64,000 bases of DNA, taken from the human T2T-CHM13v2.0 reference genome, Homo sapiens. The stretch lies in NCBI RefSeq assembly GCF_009914755.1, contig NC_060947.1; one strand, written 5' to 3'. The notes under the pieces were generated by a model. That model had not been told where the DNA came from and ran no database searches. It saw nothing but the letters and a program-made list of their open reading frames with translations. Below are positions 56,215-64,000 of this stretch, in pieces. The translations under genes were made by a program, and so were the position numbers. Within the stretch, counting starts at the first letter, position 1; every line of letters begins with the position of its first letter.

Positions 56215-56590
56215 CAAGAAGGAGGAGAAGGAGGGCGGGGAGGGGGAAGAGGAGGAAAAGGAGGAGAAGAAGAAGAAGGAGGAGGAGAAAAGGAAGGGAG
56301 GGAGGGAAGAGGAGGGGGAGGGAGGGAAGAGGAGGAGGGGAGGGAAGAGGAGAGAAGGAGTAGGAGGGAGGGAAGAGGAGGAAGGGGAGGGAGGAAAGAG
56401 GAAGAGTGAGGAGGAGAGGGAGAAGGGAAAAGAGAAGGAAAAGGAGAAGGAGAAAAAGAAGGAAAAGGAGAAGGGGAAAGAAGGAAAGGAGAAGGGGAAG
56501 GAGTAGGGGGAGAAGGAAGAGGAAGAGGATGAGGAGGAGGAGAAGAAAACCAAAGAGGAGGAGGAAGAAGAGAAGGTGGAGGAGACAGTA
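56215..56590 (+). repeat. GA-rich polypurine low-complexity tract
   Basis: ~370 bp almost entirely G/A (GAG/GAA/GGGA). Confidence 0.95.
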
Positions 56591-57470
56591 AACATGAGGT
56601 CTAGGCTGACCAAACAAAGCGCTTCTGCAGGTTAGCATAGCCCCTTGTGCCTCTCCTGCCCTTGGTCCTAGCCATGCATTGAAGAGAAAGGGGTAGAATC
56701 CGAATCTGTGAGTCTCTAAAAGAAATTTAGACACATCAGATTATTTTGAGTAAAATATATAGAAAATAAATATTGCTGTATTGAGTGCTTTTCAGAGCAT
56801 ATATGTGACGCATCTTATTTTCCTCTATTAAAGACCATGTGCAATAAAGGGTAATGGGTGGAAGTGAGGAAAGACAAACCCATCCTGCCCCACCTAGAGG
56901 ACAAGTTACTGGTAACTTGCTGTTTTAAGGAAACGACACAGGGAGATCACAACGACCTCAAAAGGACTTTTCTGCAAACAAATGTAAGTTATGTTGCATT
57001 CATAAGTAACTGAAGCCAAAACCCTACTCAAAAGGGTTATACAAAAAAGGATAATTATTGGCTCATACCAACTCAGTGGTCGACCATTAGCCTTGTGTAG
57101 GAACTGTATTCTTTACCAAGAATTGTAAGTATTCAAGAATTGTTGGTGACAACCGTGCAAGTTTTCCCTGTTGTAAAATTGTAACATAATTTATTCCAAT
57201 GAAAGAAACCCATAGACATTATCCTTAACATTGACAGACCAACTGCCTAGAGAAATTCTTTTCTGAAACTGTTTCCTAAAACAATTAGTTATTTTACACA
57301 CACCAGCAATAGGACTAAGAGAAAATAGTATCAGAGATCTTTCAGAGACCGTATCAACAGAAAAAAATGTAAGTTGAAAGTACAAATTAGTTTTCAGAAT
57401 AAATGTTCAGAATAAATCATTAGCCACCTGCTACTTTTAATTAGCAAAGCTTTAAAAGCTCACTCATTGA

Positions 57471-58820
57471 CTTAGCATAATGTCCTCCAGGTTCATCCAT
57501 ATTGTCACAAGTGGCAGGATTTTCGTAGCAGAATAATATTCCATTGGGTGTATAGATTACATTTTTTAAATCCCTTTATCCATTGTTGGACACTTGGGCT
57601 GTTTTTACATTGTGGCTATTATGAATAATACTGCTATGAAGATGGGACTGCAGATAGCTCTTCAAGATCCTGGTTTCAGTTATTTTAGATATATACTCAG
57701 AAGTGGGATTCCTAGATCATATGTTAGTTCCATTTTTGATTTTTTGAGGAACCTCCATATGGTTTTCCATAATGGCCATACCATCTTACATTCCCACCAA
57801 CAGTGCACAAGGGTTTCAGTTTTTTCATATCCTCACCAACACTTGCTATCATTTTTTTTATAATAGCCAACCTAACAAGTGTGAGGTGATATCTCTTTAT
57901 AGTTTGATTTGCATTTGTCTAAGGATTAGTGATGTGGAGCATATTTTAATGTGCCTGTTGGCCATTTGTATATCTGCTTTGGAAGTGAAATAAGCCTGTC
58001 ACAGAAGGACAAATAATTCATGATTCCACTTAGATGAGGCATCTAAAATAGTGACACTGATGGAAGCTACTCAGGGGTTGCTAGGAGCTGGAGTGGGAAA
58101 CATGTTCAATGGGTATAAAGTTTCAGTTATGCTAGATAATAAGGTCTAGAGATCTGCACATCAATGATGCCTATAGTTAACAATGTGGTATTCTACACTT
58201 CAAAATTCGTTTAGAGGGGAGATCTCATGTTAAGTGCTCTTACCACAAAATTAATCAATCTGTCAATCAACAGAAGGAAACTTTGGAACATGTTCAATTT
58301 GTCTATGTATTAGTCCGTTTTCATGCTGCTGAAAAAGACATACCTGAGACTGGGTAATTTATAAAGAAAAAGAGGTTTAATGGACTCAGTTCCACATGGC
58401 TGGAGAGGCCTCATAATCACGTTGGAAGGTGAAAGGCATGTCTTACATGGTGGCATGCAAGTGAGAATGAGAACCAAGGGAAAGGGGTTTCCCTTTATAA
58501 AACCATCAGACTCATGAGACTTATTCACTACCACGAGAACAGTATGGGGAAACCTCCCCCATGATTCAATTATCTCTCACCAGGTCCCTCCCACAACACG
58601 TGGGAATTATGGGAGCTACAATTCAAGATGAGATTTGGGTGGGGACACAGCCAAACCATATCAGTTTATTACCTTGATTGTGGTGACTGTATCACAGTTA
58701 TTTGCAAATGTCCAAACTCATCAGATTATACAGATTAAATACGTGAAATTATGTGTATATCAATTATACTTCAATAAAGCTGTTAAAAAATAAAAACTAA
58801 AATAAAATAGAAAATAAGTT
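57471..58820 (+). mobile_element. L1MA/MB with 5' inversion (57471-~57982 antisense), interrupted by THE1
   Basis: Antisense piece ending ...ATGCTAAG is continued by sense aagtgaaataagcc; 3' caataaagctgttaaaa plus A tail; decayed TSD. Confidence 0.85.
58306..58663 (-). mobile_element. THE1B/C solo LTR
   Basis: tgtattagtccgttttcatgctgct...catatca; TSD gtcta/gttta. Confidence 0.93.
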
Positions 58821-58865
58821 AAAGTCCACCCACTGAAAAAATTATAGTATAAAACATAGAATTAT

Positions 58866-59164
58866 GCCAGGCATGGTGGCTCATGCCTGTAATCCCAGCA
58901 CTTAGGGAGGCCAAGGTGGGAGGATCACTTGAGGCCAGGAGTCCGGGGGCAGCCTGACCAACGTGGCGAAACCACATCTCTACTAAAAATACAAAAATTA
59001 GCCAGGTGTGGTGCCATGTGCCTGTAGTTCTAGCTACTCAGGAGGCTGAGGCATAAGAATCCCTTGAACCCAGGAGGCGGAGGTCGCAGTGAGCCGAGAT
59101 CATGCCATTGCACTCGTGCCTGAGCAACAGAGTGAGACTCTGTCTCCAAAAAAAAAAAAAAAAA
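58866..59164 (+). mobile_element. AluS
   Basis: gccaggcatggtggctcatgcctgtaatccc...poly-A. Confidence 0.95.
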
Positions 59165-60373
59165 GTGAAATCAGGAAAAATTTATATAAAATCTAAGGCA
59201 AAAAAAGATGCAAATAATTTATTTAAAAATTGATAGTTTGATTTAGCTTTTATTTCTGAAAATTATAATACGATATATCCAGAGCAAATCGAGAAAAGCA
59301 CTTTACACAGTAAAGCTTGGATATGTTCAAAGTCACAACTAGATAGCAAAAAAATATTCCATTTAAAAACTGTTAATCTGTATTAAAGGAATCCTGCCAA
59401 AAAAGAACTGGGAATCTTTCATGAATTTATAGGCACTGTTTGCCATCCTGATCCAATTTTTCTCTTGTTGAAACTGCTTCATTAATTTAATGTGCAAGAA
59501 ATAAATATTTGATGTGCAATTAGTTGGAGATTATTATGGCCATAATGGAACCTTTCCAAATAAACAGCTGCTCCAGCACTTTAAATGCATGAAAAGCAAG
59601 ACAGAAAATGGAAAATATAATGAAACACTAGCTCTACAGGAAAAAAAGTTAAAATATTCAATTAGTGAGTAAGGTGGCTGCTCATTTAGAAGTTTGGTGG
59701 TGGTTTATCAAAGCATAACAGCATAAGAGCTCCTAAACTTTAGCCAAATATCCATCCACCTAAATTTTCATGGAAACATTCACCTGCAGATGTAATACAT
59801 TCTTCTCTGACAAGAAGAGAGTGTTAGGAGAATAGACATTGGCCAATTCTACCAATTTCTTCACGTGTTTTATTATATATACATAAATGTATATCAATGT
59901 ATATTTGTTGAGTTTTGATTATTCTACATTGGCATTTATATATGCACTATAAATACCTATTTGTATATCCACATATGAATTGTAATGATTCCACTTTGAG
60001 AGGGAATAATCTGCCTTAAAAGTTTCACACTGACTGGGCTATTTTAAGTCTGAGTGAGCTTCTGAGGTTTCATAGCATGTATGCAGACCCCGTGAAGGAA
60101 CTGACACTATTAAGTTAGTTAAACTCCTTGGGAGTTTTACAAAATGTTATCTTCCTTTCAAAATGGACTATAAGATTTGGAGTCAGTTGTCTCTCTTATC
60201 TACTGCACTGGAAAGCACTTGAGGGTAGATACCATGGCTAATATCTCAGTATCTCCAAACCCTGATATAGTTCCTGACACAGAGTAGCTCAAAAGTATTC
60301 ATTGAAAGAATGCCTAAGGCAATTTGCAATACAGATGGGGAAGAGATAGACATCAAAGGGTGAGTATTATGAG

Positions 60374-60375
<2 letters not shown>

Positions 60376-60406
<31 letters not shown>
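60376..60406 (+). repeat. (CA)n microsatellite
   Basis: About 15 CA units. Confidence 0.95.
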
Positions 60407-60411
<5 letters not shown>

Positions 60412-60919
60412 TTTACTAAAATAGATCAATGTCTCCTATTGAGATGGGAGCAAAAGGATGCAATCCCATTGGCATTCTGTTCCACTGCAGACATAATAGC
60501 AAAAGGGCAAGGTTGTTGCTGGAACTGGCAGTATTTGGCTTGTAATTACAGATTTGAATATCAAAAATAATCACTGGGAACTGCTTACAATGACCAATGT
60601 TTTGGTATACTTTTCTAGAAAACTGACTTGGGGAAAATTTATTACTTATTGGGGCTCTATTCTATTTTGAGATTCGATTCTGCAATTAATTACATTTTAC
60701 TCCTCCGCTTTGCTCTAAAAAACTCATTGGTCCAAGGGAATTCAATTTTTAAAAAAAAATTATTTTCTCTGCTCCCTGCTGCTTCCATGAGTGAAACACA
60801 CGCACATATGCACACACATACATGCATACACATGCTCACATGCGTACTATGGAGGAGCAAATGAAAGAATAAAGGCATTCATGTAACACCATTTTGCCCC
60901 AGATTCGATCCATTCGAAT

Positions 60920-61435
60920 GTGATAGATGGACACGAACTGTCTTGCTATACATGGAGGTGTAATGTCTTTGATGGCCCTCCCATGAGTAGGTAGGGTTAA
61001 TGCTTCCTTCCCTGGATTCTGGGTGTACCTACAATGTGTCTAAGAAGGAGGTGATGCTGAAAGTCTCCCAACACGAGGTACTCAAAGATCATACGGCTTC
61101 TTCCCAGTGTTTGTGGCATTCTCCCCTAGGGATGCAGGCACCATGCTTTGGAGAAGCCAAGCAGCCATATAGATAGGTCCCACATCAAGTCCCCTGCCAG
61201 CAGCCTCAGCTGAAGTCTCAGGGACAGGCAACAAAATCCCCAGACATGTGAGTCGTCAGACTCGCGATGATGGAGCCCCCAGCTATCCTTCCAGCAAGCC
61301 AGCTGTCGCATGGAACAGAGACAAGCTGTGCCCACAGAGACCTGCCCAAATTGCAGATTTGTAGGGAAAAAAAAAAGACTGCTGTTGATTTCAGCCACTA
61401 AGTATCATTTGTTATGAAGCAAAACACAACTAAAA
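60920..61435 (+). mobile_element. MLT1-type MaLR LTR
   Basis: ccctgccagcagcctcagc...gcccaaattgcagattt...tttcagccactaag. Confidence 0.75.
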
Positions 61436-61939
61436 CACTTGTGTGCCAGAATCTGAAACCATTTATTTGATAAACTTATTTTTAGCTTATAACATACCAA
61501 AGCTATTCAAATGTGTGGCTTCATTGCTACCCATATCCTGCCGTCCCCACATTACACAGTAAGGAGGGGATATTTATTAAGAAATATCTTCTTGTGAAGC
61601 CAGAGCCTAAGTCACTGCTGCTATTCAGGAGCTTACATTATAATGGGAGAAAATGGGGACAAATACATAAATTAGTACCATAAAAATAGTACACAGGAGT
61701 ACTCTGCAAGTTATTCATTCAATGCATGTGTAAGGCATGCTACTGAGTCCCAGGAACATTGCTCTTCATGCTATAAATGCAGCAGGGATGAAAGTAGACA
61801 AGGATCCTGCTGTCAGAAATTCTATATCCCTGTGCACATCAATAACCAGTAGACAAGCAAACACACAAGACCCTTTCAGATCAAGAAAAGTGCAGAACAC
61901 AGCCAGGGCACAGAGTTGAGAGGAATTGTGACCATAGAC

Positions 61940-62459
61940 AGTGAGGGAAACCAGGATCTGTCCCACAAAAGATGCCTCTTTAACATAGAAATTATTTATG
62001 AGCCAAAAGTAATTAGAAAGCATAAAATGAAGGAAATGCTGGCCCTGTCCTCCTGCTTTTCTGCCTAAAGGCAAAATATAGATTCTCCTTTACTGGAGAT
62101 GACTCTAAACTCTTATCAGCCCAGAGATGGCATCAGAGAGATCTGCAAACAAAACTTACTCCATTAAGTTTCTTACAATATATTTACCTTCCCACCATTG
62201 CTGTCCCTTGGTAGCTGAAACCACTTTCCTTTGTCTTACCATTTCTCTACACATGCATTGTTCTTGGTGGAATATATCCTGTAAGCCAGATTTCTAATCC
62301 ACTGCCTTGAGCTACCTTTCACTGAGATTTCTCCTGTATGATGTGAACAGCACAGGCGAATCAGCTTCCTTTTTCCTTCTGTTGACTTGCCTTTTGTTAC
62401 AGGAGTTCATCCCAACTGAGCTTATGGAGGATGAGAAAAAGTATATTTCTTCCCTGATA
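61940..62459 (+). mobile_element. MER39/MER34-like ERV1 LTR
   Basis: ctcttatcagcccagagatggcatcag...cttttgttacaggag...tttcttccct. Confidence 0.65.
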
Positions 62460-62887
62460 ATAGACTATGGCCGAATTTTTCTTTAATAAGATGGCATTTA
62501 AGCTGAGATCTTATGGAGAAAGGTGGTTGGCCATGGCAATACATGAGGAGAGAATGGGGAAAGAGCAAATGCAAAGACATTTGAGGGACTTGGAGAAACA
62601 GAAAGTCAGAACGTGACCAACAAGGGGGAAGTAATGAGAGGGAGATCTTTTGGAGAAATATCCCAGGTGAGTCTTTGTGGGACACATGTGTGCCAGAGTC
62701 TGAAACCATTTATTCAGATGTAGTAAAAGGGCCTTCAATTTTATTACCCTGATTGCTACGGGAAGCTACTGGCAGGTGTCAAGCAGAAGAGTCTAGTAAT
62801 CATTCATGTGGATTGAGTATAAATCACTTTGACTGCTGAGTGGTGCTTGGGTGAGAATCGGAACAGGGAGACCCAGTTAGAACACTG

Positions 62888-63505
62888 CAGTTGATCTTCA
62901 TTATCTGCAGATTCTGTATTTGTAAATCCATCTAGTTGCTACGTTTATTTGTAACCCCCAAGTGAATACTCCCTGTGCTTTTGTGGACATGTGCAGAGTG
63001 GTGAAATATTCTAGTACATTCCCAGCTGAGGTTGAGTAAGGAGACACTCTGCCTTCTTGTTTCAGTTCTCATACTGTAAATAACTATTCTTTTCGTGGTC
63101 TATCTAGGGCTATATTGTTTGTATTTTTGTGCTTTTTGTTGGTGCTTTTGCTGTTTACAATGGCCCAAAAATGCAGTGCTGAAGTGCTGCCTAGTGTTCC
63201 CAAACACAAGGCAGTTGTGATGTGCCTGCCTTACAGAGAAAATACATGTCTTAGATATGCTTCATTTATGCATGCATGACAGTGCAGTTGGGTGTCAGTT
63301 CAATGTTAGTGAATCAACAATATATATCCAGTAAAGTATGTTTGTACGAAAACACACCCAAAACAAAGTTATATATTGGTTGGTTGATGAAAATGAAACT
63401 GGAGCTCACGGGAACCTAACCCTGAATTTTCCAAGAAGAAATGGTTCCATATTCAGTGTTTGTGATGACCTCTTAGAGCACAACTACCTCCAATAAGCAG
63501 AATTA
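62888..63505. mobile_element. MER44B (Tigger-family)
   Basis: cagttgatcttcattatctgcagattctgtatttg...cccagctgaggttgag...gtgatgtgcc. Confidence 0.85.
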
Positions 63506-64000
63506 ACCGTATCCCAGTAGTCCAGGTGGAAGACAAAGGTTGTAGAATTGGTGAGAAGTGGTTGAGCTTGGTCAACTGGCAGGGTTTGGGAGTGATCTGG
63601 ATGTTGGACAGGAGAAATGGAGAGGCACTGCCATGTGTGGATGCTACGTGGACAGGCAGGGAAGGGTTGCATCAATAAAAAAGGAACCCACATGAAGAGG
63701 GCAGCATTTGAACTGTTCCTTGAAAGGATGAACTCGTGCATTTCAAATTTATTTATCACATATACACATGTATTTAAGTGGAAGTTATATACTCACACAG
63801 CACGGGAACATAAAGCTTAGAAAATTTATGAGCAAAGTAGAGTTATTTCTTGTAGTATTTTTAAAGGACATGTTTGTTTTGTGTGTGTGTATTGGGAACT
63901 CAATCCTTATCTCACTACAAATACATTAACACAAAATAAATTCATTGGCCTATACACAAAAGCTAACACAGTAACATTTCTGGAATAAATCATAAGAGAA

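Noticed and set aside
56090-56734. Long L/F-, E/K/G- and R-rich ORFs
   Set aside because: Artefacts of the GA-rich tract.

Overview
AT-rich, repeat-dense mammalian DNA, almost certainly human: it carries a diagnostic AluYb8 plus AluJ/AluS, THE1/MST/MLT LTRs, MER5/MER20/MER44/MER58/MADE1, L1, L2 and MIR. No intact protein-coding gene is visible, and most ORF-track entries are repeat or low-complexity artefacts. The main unexplained signal is a minus-strand chain of AG/GT-bounded segments from about 2.5 to 23.7 kb. They translate, with stops and frameshifts, into protein-like sequence with repeated RGS-domain-like motifs, which suggests a decayed multi-exon (candidate unitary) pseudogene of an RGS22/RGSL1-like gene. 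One of these exons is split by an AluJ and one is locally duplicated. A second structure is a 49.2-53.1 kb cluster of fold-back sequences: a MADE1 hairpin and two long inverted duplications with ~320 and ~336 bp arms. Translations and repeat calls were done by eye, and repeat boundaries and subfamilies are approximate unless TSDs are quoted.
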